Assembly (NCBI GenBank): GCA_031291875.1
Contig: JARLIE010000218.1
Span: 4,979 to 68,978 of the forward strand
DNA: 64,000 nt
Source of the DNA: Minisyncoccota bacterium
GTDB lineage: Bacteria > Patescibacteriota > Minisyncoccia > Phycocordibacterales > UBA2100
Direction of reading: 5' to 3'
Shown piece by piece: positions 20,772 to 30,701 of the stretch. The first letter of the stretch is position 1, and each line of letters opens with the position of its first letter. The translations under genes and the position numbers were made by a program. The notes beneath the pieces are model-generated. The model was not told the origin of the DNA. It did not search any database and was given only the letters and a program-made list of their open reading frames with translations.

Positions 20772-21443
20772 ATGAAGATACTCTTAGTAGAAGATGAACA
20801 GAAGCTCGCCCAGGCGCTCTCCAAAGGGCTTACCCACGAGGGGTACACGGTCGATACGATCGACGACGGTAAAAAAGCGTTGACTCGCATTCAGCTCCAC
20901 CGTTCCGACTACGATGTCATTATTCTTGACCTCATGCTCCCGACGATGGACGGCTATGAGATTTGCAAAGAGGTTCGTGCTGCCAATATCACGACGCCGA
21001 TCCTCGTTCTCACCGCTCGCGCGGAAACGGACACGAAAGTGCAGCTCTTGCTTGCGGGAGCAGACGATTATCTCGTAAAGCCATTCTCGTTCGCCGAACT
21101 CTCAGCTCGCCTCAAAGCGCTGATGCGCAGACCCAACGAAAAGTTGCCGGAAACACTTCGTGTGGGCGACATCGAACTCAACCCCGGCGAACGAAAGGTT
21201 TCGCGTGGCGGCAAAGAAGTGCCGCTCACCCTCAAAGAGTTCGGGTTGCTTGAGTACTTCATGCGTCACCCCAACCAGGTCGTTAATCGAGAGGATCTCT
21301 TAAGCCACTTGTGGGACTTCAATTATGTGGGATTTAGCAATGTGGTCGACGTACATGTCAAAAATCTTCGACGAAAATTGGAAGGAGAGGGTACGGCTAT
21401 CTTGGAAACGGTTCGCGGCATCGGTTACCGACTTGCTGAATAA
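20772..21443 (+). CDS. OmpR/PhoB-family response regulator
   Basis: ILLVEDE, ILDLMLP, GADDYLVKPF, SNVVDVHVKNLRRK, TVRGIGY. Confidence 0.96.
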   Translation: MKILLVEDEQKLAQALSKGLTHEGYTVDTIDDGKKALTRIQLHRSDYDVIILDLMLPTMDGYEICKEVRAANITTPILVLTARAETDTKVQLLLAGADDYLVKPFSFAELSARLKALMRRPNEKLPETLRVGDIELNPGERKVSRGGKEVPLTLKEFGLLEYFMRHPNQVVNREDLLSHLWDFNYVGFSNVVDVHVKNLRRKLEGEGTAILETVRGIGYRLAE

Positions 21444-22524
21444 GTATCGGTACGATCCGTTCTTCCACACCGAGACCAACGTCATCATTCTCCAAGTAGC
21501 GTTCGCGCTCATATTGCTCGGCGTCGTCGGAGCGTCTTTCAGCGTTCTGTATCGCGACATTTCCGCAGCGATCGTCGACGGCATCAAGCAGGGGCTCGCA
21601 ACCGGATCCCCGCAGGCGCTCGCCCCCTCGATCGTCGCTCAGATCGAATTGATCCGAACACAAAATCTCGCAACCATCGTCACGATCATCGTCGGCACGA
21701 CGGTGGTCTTTGGTTATGTAATCGCGCGCGTCACGCTCCAGCCTGCGCGCAATGCGCTCGCGGCGCAAAAGCAATTCATCGGCAATATCGCGCACGAACT
21801 GCGCACTCCCCTTTCTGTTATTAAAACGAATACGGAAGTCGCCCTATTCGAAAATAATATGTCCGCAGAACTCAAACAAATCATGCGATCCAACGTTGAA
21901 GAACTCGATCGTATCTCTGAGATCATCAACAACCTGCTCTCGCTCTCTGCCCTCGTGAAGCCGGAGCGAATGGAATTCACCACCGTAGATCTTTCGGAAT
22001 TAGCCTCCCGGGTCGTTTCGAGATTCACCCAACTCGCGAGGCACAACAATCTGCAAATAACCGTTCGAAAAAGTCCGCAGGCATGCGTATGGGGCAACGA
22101 AACGGCGCTCGAGCAAATCCTGGGAAACCTGCTCAAAAACGCCATTCAATACACACCACGCAACGGACAAATCATGGTCACGACGGCACCTGGACTTGGC
22201 GACCAGGTCGAAGTCACCATCCAAGACTCCGGCGTCGGCATCGCGCGGAAAGACCTCTTTCGCATCTTTGAGCCGTTCTATCGCGCCGAACAGTCCCGCA
22301 ACCGCACGCAAGGCGGATCCAGTTCGGGCCTAGGGCTCACGATCGTTTCGGAGCTTTTGAAGCTGCACAACGGAAAGATAACGATTCGCTCTGCGGTTGG
22401 CCGCGGGACATCGGTCGTCATCCTCTTCCCTGCAGCACGCAAGGGAGCGCAGGTCGGCGGTTCCGAGCTGCACGAGGGACTCAATGAAGTTGCTGTGGAT
22501 TTTTCTTCCGGTCGAACGGCATAA
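21355..22524 (+). CDS. Sensor histidine kinase (2 TM, HisKA, HATPase)
   Basis: IAHELRTPL, NLLKNAIQYT, DSGVGI, FEPFYR, GLGL; start uncertain (21355 ATG or 21433 TTG). Confidence 0.93.
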   Translation: MSKIFDENWKERVRLSWKRFAASVTDLLNKYRYDPFFHTETNVIILQVAFALILLGVVGASFSVLYRDISAAIVDGIKQGLATGSPQALAPSIVAQIELIRTQNLATIVTIIVGTTVVFGYVIARVTLQPARNALAAQKQFIGNIAHELRTPLSVIKTNTEVALFENNMSAELKQIMRSNVEELDRISEIINNLLSLSALVKPERMEFTTVDLSELASRVVSRFTQLARHNNLQITVRKSPQACVWGNETALEQILGNLLKNAIQYTPRNGQIMVTTAPGLGDQVEVTIQDSGVGIARKDLFRIFEPFYRAEQSRNRTQGGSSSGLGLTIVSELLKLHNGKITIRSAVGRGTSVVILFPAARKGAQVGGSELHEGLNEVAVDFSSGRTA

Positions 22525-22605
22525 GCTGATACTCACGGGTCTTCACGCTAGCGTGAATGGTACACATGCTATACTCCGCGCATTACTTTCATTTGTAAAG
22601 CTCCT

Positions 22606-23145
22606 ATGCAAGAAACAAACCTGTACACCGTTACCGTTCCGCCGATGATGAAGGCACTGACCGCCCTCTCCGGTATCCTCGACAAAACCGCGGCGCACGC
22701 GCAAAGCAAGCAGCTCGAGTGGCACCCCGAAGGCATGCAAGAGGAGGCTCTTTTGAATTCACGACTCATCTCAGACCAGTTCCCGTTCATACGACAGGTG
22801 CAAGTCGCCTGCGACAATGCCAAAAATGGCGTCGCACGAATAGCCGGCATCGAGGCGCCCAAGCACGAGGACACGGAAAAAAGTATTGCGGAGCTGAAAG
22901 CGCGCATCGATAAAACTGTCGAATTCCTCAAAACGATCAAGCCGGAGCAAGTAATCGGCCAAGATGCACGTAAAGTCTCCCTTGCCTTCTGGGAAGGCAA
23001 GGAGATGACCGCCTTCGATTATGTCACTTCCTACCTGATTCCGAATTTTTACTTCCACGTAACCACTGCGTACTCGATTTTGCGCTCCAACGGCGTGCAG
23101 ATCGGTAAAGGTGACTACATGGGCGAAATGCCCTTTACCGACTAA
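22606..23145 (+). CDS. DUF1993 family protein
   Basis: RLISDQFPF.RQVQ.ACD.AK, PNFYFHVTTAY.ILR.NGV.IGK.DY. Confidence 0.9.
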   Translation: MQETNLYTVTVPPMMKALTALSGILDKTAAHAQSKQLEWHPEGMQEEALLNSRLISDQFPFIRQVQVACDNAKNGVARIAGIEAPKHEDTEKSIAELKARIDKTVEFLKTIKPEQVIGQDARKVSLAFWEGKEMTAFDYVTSYLIPNFYFHVTTAYSILRSNGVQIGKGDYMGEMPFTD

Positions 23146-23871
23146 ATGCACAAACACATTTTCTTCGACATGGACGACACGCTCACGCTGAGCAAATCAG
23201 CGATGGACGTTGCACACGTTCCACTCTTCCTTGAGCTGTGCGCCTCGCATGACGTAATCGTGGTCTCTGGGCAAGACGAGCAAAATATTCGCCGTCAAAT
23301 CCCGAGTGAAGCCGACGGTCGTTACTACCTGCTCACTCAAAACGGCAATCACGCGATCGACAAAAATGGCACGGTCATGTGGTACGAGGAGTTCTCGGCG
23401 CAACAAAAAGAGGCCATCATGGCGTTTATCAAAACCGTTCACGACGAGCTCGCGCTCCAAGTGAAAGACGAAAACGATCTCGTCGAAGATCGCGGCTCTC
23501 AGATCAGCTACAGTCTCATCGGCCACCACGAAGAGGTCGCGAAGAAAAAGGCGTTTGATCCCAAGGCAGAAAAAAGAATTCAGATTCTGCGGGAGCATGC
23601 GGCCGAAGTCGATGCACTGAAGCAACTCGGCGTCGAGATTTCGGCAGGCGGAACGACCTGCTTCGACATTATCTTGCTCGGTCGCAATAAAGGATTCAAT
23701 GTCGCGCGGCTCATCGAGCACGAGGGGTGGAAAAAAGATGAGTCGCTGTATGTAGGCGACGCGCTCGAGCCGGGTCGCAACGACGAAAGCGTCATCGGTG
23801 TCATTGCAACGCATGCGGTCAAGGACCATTTCGACACGTTTCGCTTCATTAAGGAAAATCTGGTATCCTAG
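23146..23871 (+). CDS. HAD-IIB hydrolase, phosphomannomutase-like
   Basis: FFDMDDTLT, EDRGSQI, GGTTCFD, YVGDAL.PGRND. Confidence 0.85.
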   Translation: MHKHIFFDMDDTLTLSKSAMDVAHVPLFLELCASHDVIVVSGQDEQNIRRQIPSEADGRYYLLTQNGNHAIDKNGTVMWYEEFSAQQKEAIMAFIKTVHDELALQVKDENDLVEDRGSQISYSLIGHHEEVAKKKAFDPKAEKRIQILREHAAEVDALKQLGVEISAGGTTCFDIILLGRNKGFNVARLIEHEGWKKDESLYVGDALEPGRNDESVIGVIATHAVKDHFDTFRFIKENLVS

Positions 23872-23879
23872 CCACTCAT

Positions 23880-24644
23880 ATGAACGCACTCTCAATCAAG
23901 GGACTCACAAAAACCTACGGCAACGGCGTACAAGCGCTCAAGGGCGTCTCGCTCGATATTCCCGAGGGCGACTTTTTTGCCTTGCTCGGCCCCAACGGCG
24001 CGGGCAAAACAACGATTATCGGCATTTCAACGGGGCTCGTAAATAAAACTGCCGGCACCGTAGAGGTCTTCGGCCATGATATCGACAAAGAACCCGAGCT
24101 CGCGAAAACATACATCGGCCTCGTTGGGCAGGAGATCAACTTCAACCCGTTCGAACGCATCCTCGACACCGTTGTAAACCAAGGTGGCTACTACGGTATA
24201 CCGCGCTCCGAAGCCATTCCACGAGCCAAGCAACTGCTCACCGATCTCGGTCTCGGCGATAAAATGGAGAGTAATGGAATGCAGCTCTCGGGCGGCATGA
24301 AGCGACGCCTCATGATCGCGCGAGCGCTTATTCATAAGCCGAAATTCCTGATCCTCGACGAGCCGACGGCCGGCGTCGACGTCGAATTGCGCCGCGGCAT
24401 GTGGGATTACCTGCGCAAGCTCACGTCAGAGGGCCTCACCGTACTTCTCACGACGCACTATCTCGAAGAAGCGGAGCAGCTCGCAAAACAAGTCGCAATC
24501 ATCAACAAAGGCCAGATCATCGTGAACGACACCATCGACAAGGTGCTCGCGATGCACACCGACACCGGCACCACCAAGGAGGGCTTCCGCGGGTCGCGAC
24601 TCGAAGAAGTATTCCTGGATCTCATTCGCGAAAACAACAACTAA
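23880..24644 (+). CDS. ABC-2 transporter ATP-binding protein (YadG-like)
   Basis: GPNGAGKT, LSGGMKRR, ILDEPTAGVD, TTHY. Confidence 0.95.
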   Translation: MNALSIKGLTKTYGNGVQALKGVSLDIPEGDFFALLGPNGAGKTTIIGISTGLVNKTAGTVEVFGHDIDKEPELAKTYIGLVGQEINFNPFERILDTVVNQGGYYGIPRSEAIPRAKQLLTDLGLGDKMESNGMQLSGGMKRRLMIARALIHKPKFLILDEPTAGVDVELRRGMWDYLRKLTSEGLTVLLTTHYLEEAEQLAKQVAIINKGQIIVNDTIDKVLAMHTDTGTTKEGFRGSRLEEVFLDLIRENNN

Positions 24645-24645
24645 T

Positions 24646-25428
24646 ATGGATACCTATCACAAGTGGATCGCCTTTTACACGATGATGCGCAAGGACGTCG
24701 TCCGCATTTTCCGTATCTGGGTGCAGACCTTTTTGCCGAGTGTCATCACCTCGACACTCTATTTCCTCATCTTCGGCACTGTGCTCGGGAGCAGAATCGG
24801 AACGATGCAGGGCGTGCCGTACATGCAGTTCGTCGTGCCGGGTCTCGTCATGATGGCGATCGTCACCAACGCGTACGCGAACTCATCGTTCACCTTCTTC
24901 CAGTCGAAATTCTTCGCGCGCTCGATCGACGAGCTCCTCGTCTCTCCGATGCCGCCGTGGCTTATGATCGCAGGGTTCGTTTCAGGCGGCGTCATCCGGG
25001 GTGTCTTGATCGGCGCGCTTGTTTTGATCGTCGGTCTCTTCTTCACCGGCTTGCATCTCACGATCACCAACCTCGCCATAATCCTGCTCTTCGCGATTCT
25101 CACCTCGCTCGTCTTCTCGCTCGCGGGACTCGTCAACGGCGTGTATGCGAAATCGATCGACGCGATCAACATCGTGCCGACCTTTGTTTTGCAGCCGCTC
25201 ACCTATCTCGGCGGCATCTTCTACTCGGTGAATTCATTGCCAGAATTCGCGCGCTACGTCACCTACGTAAATCCCCTCTTCTACCTTATCAACGGCTTCC
25301 GCTACGGTTTCCTGGGCTTTGCGGACGTTTCGATCTGGACGTGCGTCGGTGTGCTCGCCGGCCTCATCCTTGCGTTGATCGCGATCAATTGGTACCTCAT
25401 CAAGTCCGGTCTCGGACTGAAGCAGTAA
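24646..25428 (+). CDS. ABC-2 transporter permease (YadH-like)
   Basis: RIW.QT, YMQFVVPGL, PLTYLGGIFY, NPLFYLINGFRYG. Confidence 0.93.
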   Translation: MDTYHKWIAFYTMMRKDVVRIFRIWVQTFLPSVITSTLYFLIFGTVLGSRIGTMQGVPYMQFVVPGLVMMAIVTNAYANSSFTFFQSKFFARSIDELLVSPMPPWLMIAGFVSGGVIRGVLIGALVLIVGLFFTGLHLTITNLAIILLFAILTSLVFSLAGLVNGVYAKSIDAINIVPTFVLQPLTYLGGIFYSVNSLPEFARYVTYVNPLFYLINGFRYGFLGFADVSIWTCVGVLAGLILALIAINWYLIKSGLGLKQ

Positions 25429-25432
25429 TCGC

Positions 25433-25957
25433 TTACAGTCTCGCCAACACAAAATCCGCACGTTCGGAGACCGGAATAATCGGTACTTGAACGATTTCAT
25501 AGCCGAGCTCTTCATAGGCTCGCGTAATTTCCGTATGCAACCATGCTGCTTCCTGCGGTGTTTCGTAGCGCTCCGCATCGTTCGCAAACTCGATCATATC
25601 GAGCAAAAAGACTTTTCGATATGTAACGGATTGAATCGCATTCGTAAAGAATTCTTCTACCGGTATGCCGAATTTCCGCAAGTACGCGACATTATCGGGT
25701 ATACCGCGATCGAAAAAGACTATCTGGTCTTTCGGGGCTTCGGCGACCAGTTCTTGCTGGTGAGCAACGATAAGCTTTTCGAGCGCAAGCGGGTCGGCAA
25801 CGATAGCTTCGATGTTTTTCCCCGTCGCGAGCTGCGCTGCAATAACCGTGCGCGCCGATTCTGGGAAAACCGAATAGCTGCGCCCTTTAAGCTCGTTGAT
25901 GAGGGTTGTTTTGCCGGAACAGGGACCCCCCGTAAGCACGTACCAAGGAGGTGTCAT
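25433..25957 (-). CDS. AAA_28 / NadR-like P-loop kinase-fold protein
   Basis: VLTGGPCSGKTT, FFDRGIPD, ND.ERYE; 4-nt overlap with folA. Confidence 0.85.
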   Translation of the reverse strand: MTPPWYVLTGGPCSGKTTLINELKGRSYSVFPESARTVIAAQLATGKNIEAIVADPLALEKLIVAHQQELVAEAPKDQIVFFDRGIPDNVAYLRKFGIPVEEFFTNAIQSVTYRKVFLLDMIEFANDAERYETPQEAAWLHTEITRAYEELGYEIVQVPIIPVSERADFVLARL

Positions 25958-26478
25958 ACATTTTCTCGCTCAAGATCTACCCATTTGTATTTCAGTCCGT
26001 TCCATTCGTGCTCTTCCTCAGAGGTTTTCTTGGTGAACTGATCTTCGTAGGGAGGAAAGAAAGAGTCCGCTTCTTTTTCATCATCGATGAGAGTCAAATA
26101 TAATTTTTGAATATACGGCAGCGCTTCCTTGTAGATTTGTCCGCCGCCTCCGATCGAAACAGCTTCCGGGTCGATGGCCGCCGCTTTCGCAAGTGCCTCT
26201 TCGACCGAGGATGCCACAACCACATCGGGAAAGCTCCACGATTGATCGCGCGTCACAACGATATTGACGCGATCCGGAAGCGGTTTGCCGTTCGTATACT
26301 GCAAAATAGATTCGAATGTTTTACGACCGAAAATAATTGGGTGCCCTTTCGTCAGCTGTCTGAACCGCTTCAAATCATCGGGAATATGCCACAGGAGCTT
26401 GCCGTCTTTGCCAAGCCCCCCGTTATAGGCGTGCCCCGCACCGATAGCGACCACCGCATATACCAAGGGCTTTTTCAT
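25954..26478 (-). CDS. folA: Dihydrofolate reductase
   Basis: LLWHIPDDLKRF, GRKTFESI, LPDRVNIVVTR, GGGQIY, ADSFFP. Confidence 0.93.
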   Translation of the reverse strand: MKKPLVYAVVAIGAGHAYNGGLGKDGKLLWHIPDDLKRFRQLTKGHPIIFGRKTFESILQYTNGKPLPDRVNIVVTRDQSWSFPDVVVASSVEEALAKAAAIDPEAVSIGGGGQIYKEALPYIQKLYLTLIDDEKEADSFFPPYEDQFTKKTSEEEHEWNGLKYKWVDLERENV

Positions 26479-26552
26479 GGGCGAAATATACCACACCTTA
26501 TTTCCCCCGTCCGCGCAACGGCGATATCCTGCGACGGTGCTAAAATGCCCCG

Positions 26553-27227
26553 ATGCAATCGTACGAAGTCGAAGTGAAGTCTTTGCTCGGCAGCGAGGAG
26601 CGAGCCAATGAGTTGCGCGACGCACTCCAAAAAATCGACCCCGCATGCGAGCTCATTTCAAAGAACAAACAACTCAATCATTACTTCGAAGGCGGCACGC
26701 TCGAAAAGCTGGCAGAGGTCGTCTCGCCGCACCTCTCCGCCCTCGCGGACGTAAAACTCAACGAAATGATCGGGCGCATGAGCGAATTCTCGATCCGCAG
26801 CCGCGACAAAAACGGCACGGTATACCTCGTAGTGAAGGCGTCTGTCGGCGAAGACTCAAGCGAAAACGGCGTCGCTCGCATCGAATTCGAAGAAAAGATG
26901 GACATGTCGCTTGAAGAGCTCGATCAACTCATGCTCTCGGCGGGCTTTACGTACCAGGCAAAGTGGTCGCGCGAGCGCGAAGAATATCTCTGCAAGAACG
27001 TGAACGTCACGCTCGATAAGAACGCGGGTTACGGCTGGCTTGCCGAGTTCGAGCGTGTCGTCGACGATCAATCCAAGGTCGAGGCAGCCCGCGCCGAAGT
27101 TATCGCTCTAATGCAGGAACTTGGCATCGACGAGCTTCCGCAAGCCCGCTTGGAACGCATGTTTTCCTTCTACAACGCCCACTGGCAGGAGTACTATGGC
27201 ACCGACACAATCTTCACTGTAGAATAA
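26553..27227 (+). CDS. CYTH (triphosphate tunnel metalloenzyme) protein
   Basis: N-terminal EVEVK (ExExK), R.E.E, VTLD, AEFE. Confidence 0.85.
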   Translation: MQSYEVEVKSLLGSEERANELRDALQKIDPACELISKNKQLNHYFEGGTLEKLAEVVSPHLSALADVKLNEMIGRMSEFSIRSRDKNGTVYLVVKASVGEDSSENGVARIEFEEKMDMSLEELDQLMLSAGFTYQAKWSREREEYLCKNVNVTLDKNAGYGWLAEFERVVDDQSKVEAARAEVIALMQELGIDELPQARLERMFSFYNAHWQEYYGTDTIFTVE

Positions 27228-27231
27228 CCCT

Positions 27232-27813
27232 ATGTTTCTCTCCGACGTCGACATCAAGAAAGCGATCAAAAACGGAGAAATAACGCTCGAGCCCTTTTCC
27301 GAGTCCCGCTTACAGCCCGCGAGCTACGACATCCTGCTCGGCAACAAATTCATCGAGAACGACGCGAGCTCGACGCACTTCGTCGACCCGGCCCGCAAAA
27401 TCTTCGCGAAGACGACCGAAAAGACCGTGGCCGACGGTAATGAGTTCGTGCTGCATCCGGGCGTTTCAGTGCTCGGACTCTCTAAAGAATACTTCGGCTC
27501 GGATCACTACCTTATCCAGGTCGGCGGCAAATCTTCTCTTGCCCGAGTCGGCCTCATGATCCACAACACCGCGGGTATTATCAACCCGGGCCATTTCTTG
27601 CACATCACGTTTGAAATCACCAACCAGAGCAATATCCCGATCATCCTGCGCCCTGCCATGGAAATCGCGCAGATCACGTTCTCGAAGCTCACGTCGGAGC
27701 CTGAGCGCAACTATCGCCGCGTCGGGCGTTTTGCAAAAGACAATTGGAATCACTTCGTGCCTGCGCCGAAGAAAATTACAAAGCGCCGCTCGGTCGCGAA
27801 AGCGAAAAAATAA
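27232..27813 (+). CDS. dcd: dCTP deaminase
   Basis: LSD.DI, LQPASYD, KSSLARVG, AG.INPG, ITFE, IAQ. Confidence 0.88.
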   Translation: MFLSDVDIKKAIKNGEITLEPFSESRLQPASYDILLGNKFIENDASSTHFVDPARKIFAKTTEKTVADGNEFVLHPGVSVLGLSKEYFGSDHYLIQVGGKSSLARVGLMIHNTAGIINPGHFLHITFEITNQSNIPIILRPAMEIAQITFSKLTSEPERNYRRVGRFAKDNWNHFVPAPKKITKRRSVAKAKK

Positions 27814-27814
27814 T

Positions 27815-28783
27815 ATGGAACGACATCCCGAATACCAATATCTCGATTTAATGCAGCGCTGCCTTGAGCACGGCGACGAGCAAGTCGATAAAGGCACGAA
27901 TGTAAAAACCTACAGCATCTTCGGTGCACAAATGCGCTTTGATCTTTCGCAAGGATTCCCCCTCCTAACGACCAAGCGCGTCTACTGGAAAGGTGTTTTA
28001 CACGAACTGTATTGGTTCATGTCGGGACAATCCAACATCAAGTATCTCGTCGACAACGACGTACATATTTGGGACGACTATCCGTACAAAATCTACAACG
28101 AAAAGGTCGGGCGCAAGGAAGTGGCTGCGCTCACCAAAGAAGAATTTGTCGCGAAGATAAAAGAGGACGAAACCTTTGCGAAGGACCACGGAGAACTTCC
28201 GCACATTTACGGCGAACACTGGCGGCGCTGGATCGCTCGCGACGGTCGCAAAGTGGATCAGCTCGGCTGGGTCGTCGACGAATTGCGCAAAGACCCGGAC
28301 GCGCACAACACGCTCGTAACTTCCTGGAATCCTGAATATATGTATGCCATGGCAGCGCCGGGCCAAGCGGCGCGTTTCCCTATTTGTCACAATCTGTACC
28401 AGGTCAATATTAAAAACGACAAAGTCTGTTTGCAGCTGTATCAGCGCAGCGCCGACATGTTCCTCGGAGTGCCGTTCAATATCGCGAGTTATGCGCTTTT
28501 GACCGCGATTATCGCGAAAATCTTGAAGCGGGAGCCCGGTGAGTATATTCATACGCTCGGAGATTTTCACGTCTACGAAAACCATCGGGACCAGGTGAAA
28601 GAACAACTCTCGCGCGAACCACATCCGTTCCCGACCGTCGAGTTCAATCATGATTTCGATTCTCTCGATGAATTCAGACCCGAGTATGTAGTACTCAAAG
28701 ATTACAATCCTGAAGCGACCATCAAGGCCGAGCTCACCGTCGCCGGCGGCTACAACAAAGACCTGCACGAGAAAAACGCATAG
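27815..28783 (+). CDS. thyA: Thymidylate synthase
   Basis: FPLLTTK, HIWD, PICH, YQRSADMFLGVPFNIASY, DFHVYENH. Confidence 0.96.
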   Translation: MERHPEYQYLDLMQRCLEHGDEQVDKGTNVKTYSIFGAQMRFDLSQGFPLLTTKRVYWKGVLHELYWFMSGQSNIKYLVDNDVHIWDDYPYKIYNEKVGRKEVAALTKEEFVAKIKEDETFAKDHGELPHIYGEHWRRWIARDGRKVDQLGWVVDELRKDPDAHNTLVTSWNPEYMYAMAAPGQAARFPICHNLYQVNIKNDKVCLQLYQRSADMFLGVPFNIASYALLTAIIAKILKREPGEYIHTLGDFHVYENHRDQVKEQLSREPHPFPTVEFNHDFDSLDEFRPEYVVLKDYNPEATIKAELTVAGGYNKDLHEKNA

Positions 28784-28832
28784 TGTATGATTTAACGCCG
28801 CACATATCTTTATCCGACCTTATTCCAAAGAT

Positions 28833-30098
28833 ATGGACTACGAACACATTCAAAATCAAGACAAAGAAGTTTTCGACGCAATCGAAGGCGAAGAGTTGCG
28901 CGAAATGGAAGGCCTCGAATTGATCCCGTCCGAAAATTATGTTTCGAGGGCGGTGCGCGAAGCCAACGGCTCCGTTTTTACCAATAAGTATTCCGAAGGC
29001 TATCCCGGCAAGCGCTACTACGGCGGCCAGACATACACCGACATTGTTGAAACAATCGCGATCGAACGCGCGAAAAAGCTCTTTGACGCAAAGTTTGCCA
29101 ACGTGCAAACGCTCGGGGGCGCGAATGCGAACATCGCTATGTACTTCGCCCTGCTTGAGCCGGGCGACACCGTGCTTGGCATGGATCTCTCCCACGGTGG
29201 TCACCTCACGCACGGCCACCCCGTCACCTACCTCACAAAAATTTTCAGATTCGTTCGCTACAAGATGAAAGATCCGAACACGGGAGAAATCGATTACGAC
29301 GAAATGCGCGAGGTAGCGAGACGCGAGAAACCGAAGATCGTTCTAGCGGGTTTTTCGGCATATCCTCGAGAGCTCGAATACGCGAAGTTCGCCGATATCG
29401 CCCACGAAGTGGGTGCCTACGCCATTATGGACATTGCACACATCGCGGGCCTTATTGCAGGCAAAGCAGTGAAAAGCCCGTTCGAGTTTGGCTTCGATGT
29501 CATGACCTCGACCACGCACAAGACGCTTCGCGGCCCGCGCGGCGGTCTTATCCTCACTCGCGAAAACGAGGAAATCGCGAAGAAGATCGACAAAACCGTC
29601 TTCCCGGGACTCCAAGGCGGCCCGCACATGAACAACATAGCGGCCAAAGCCGTTGCCTTTGGCGAAGCACTTTCTCCTTCGTTCAAGACGTATGCGGCGC
29701 AAATTCTTAAGAATGCAAAAGCGATGGAGAAGGTATTCCTCGACAACAACATCCGTCTCCTTACCGGCGGCACGAGCAATCACCTGTTGCTTGCCGATGT
29801 ATTCGGTTCGCTCGGCATAAGCGGCCAGGAAGCAGAAACACTGCTCGATCGAGTCGGTATCACACTCAACAAAAATTCCATCGCGGACGACACGCGAAAG
29901 CCGATGGATCCTTCCGGCATTCGCTTCGGCACGCCGGCGATTACCACGCGCAACTTCACCGAAAAGGAGTCCGCTCGCGTGGCCGAGCTTATGGTCGAGG
30001 CAATGAAGAGCAAGGCGGACGAAACGAAGCTCGACGCGATCCGCGAAGAAATTCGCGAGCTCTGCAAACGATTTCCCGTTCCTGAATCCTTCGTCTAA
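28833..30098 (+). CDS. glyA: Serine hydroxymethyltransferase
   Basis: LIPSEN, NKYSEGYPGKRYYGG, GGHLTHG, TTHKTLRGPRGG. Confidence 0.98.
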   Translation: MDYEHIQNQDKEVFDAIEGEELREMEGLELIPSENYVSRAVREANGSVFTNKYSEGYPGKRYYGGQTYTDIVETIAIERAKKLFDAKFANVQTLGGANANIAMYFALLEPGDTVLGMDLSHGGHLTHGHPVTYLTKIFRFVRYKMKDPNTGEIDYDEMREVARREKPKIVLAGFSAYPRELEYAKFADIAHEVGAYAIMDIAHIAGLIAGKAVKSPFEFGFDVMTSTTHKTLRGPRGGLILTRENEEIAKKIDKTVFPGLQGGPHMNNIAAKAVAFGEALSPSFKTYAAQILKNAKAMEKVFLDNNIRLLTGGTSNHLLLADVFGSLGISGQEAETLLDRVGITLNKNSIADDTRKPMDPSGIRFGTPAITTRNFTEKESARVAELMVEAMKSKADETKLDAIREEIRELCKRFPVPESFV

Positions 30099-30101
30099 GT
30101 T

Positions 30102-30692
30102 GTGTTCCACCTGCAACTCATACCGCTCGTACAAGCGATCGGCTATCCCGGTCTGTTCGCCGTCGTCTTTCTCGAAAGCGGCGTATTCTTCGGCTTCTTT
30201 CTCCCGGGGTCCTCGATGCTTTTCACGGCGGGGCTACTCGCGACAAAAGGCTTCTTCGATCCTTGGCTGCTCATCTTCCTGATGTGGCTCGCTGCCGTGC
30301 TCGGCGATAATGTCGGGTATTGGTTCGGCAATAAGGTAGGGATCAGGCTGTTTTTGCGACCGGATTCGAGATTCTTCAAGCACGAGTATCTCGAGCGAGC
30401 AAAGGATTTCTACGACCGGCACGGCGCGCGCACGATCGTGCTTGCCCGATTCGTTCCGATCGTCCGCACCTTCGTTCCCATTGTCGCGGGCGTAGTCAAA
30501 ATGCGCTATGGCGCGTTTTTGGTCTACAACCTCATCGGCGCGCTCGCTTGGGCCGCAGGCGTCACCTTTCTCGGCTACTACCTCGGCGAGAAGCTTCCGT
30601 TCGTACAAACCTACCTGACGCCGATTGTGCTCGCGATCATCGTCGTCACCTCGCTTCCCCTTTTGTGGGAATTTCGCTCATCTGAAAAATAG
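30102..30692 (+). CDS. DedA/VTT family membrane protein
   Basis: FLESG...FLPGSSMLFTAG, GDNVGY, ARFVPIVRTF. Confidence 0.93.
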   Translation: MFHLQLIPLVQAIGYPGLFAVVFLESGVFFGFFLPGSSMLFTAGLLATKGFFDPWLLIFLMWLAAVLGDNVGYWFGNKVGIRLFLRPDSRFFKHEYLERAKDFYDRHGARTIVLARFVPIVRTFVPIVAGVVKMRYGAFLVYNLIGALAWAAGVTFLGYYLGEKLPFVQTYLTPIVLAIIVVTSLPLLWEFRSSEK

Positions 30693-30701
30693 ACGGCGTG
30701 C

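Noticed and set aside
27611-27814. Long N-terminal extension or frameshift fusion of thyA with dcd
   Set aside because: ATG at 27815 follows the dcd stop directly and gives a normal ThyA start; similar ORF-track extensions of radC, hisS, folA, atpB and the SET gene are also artefacts
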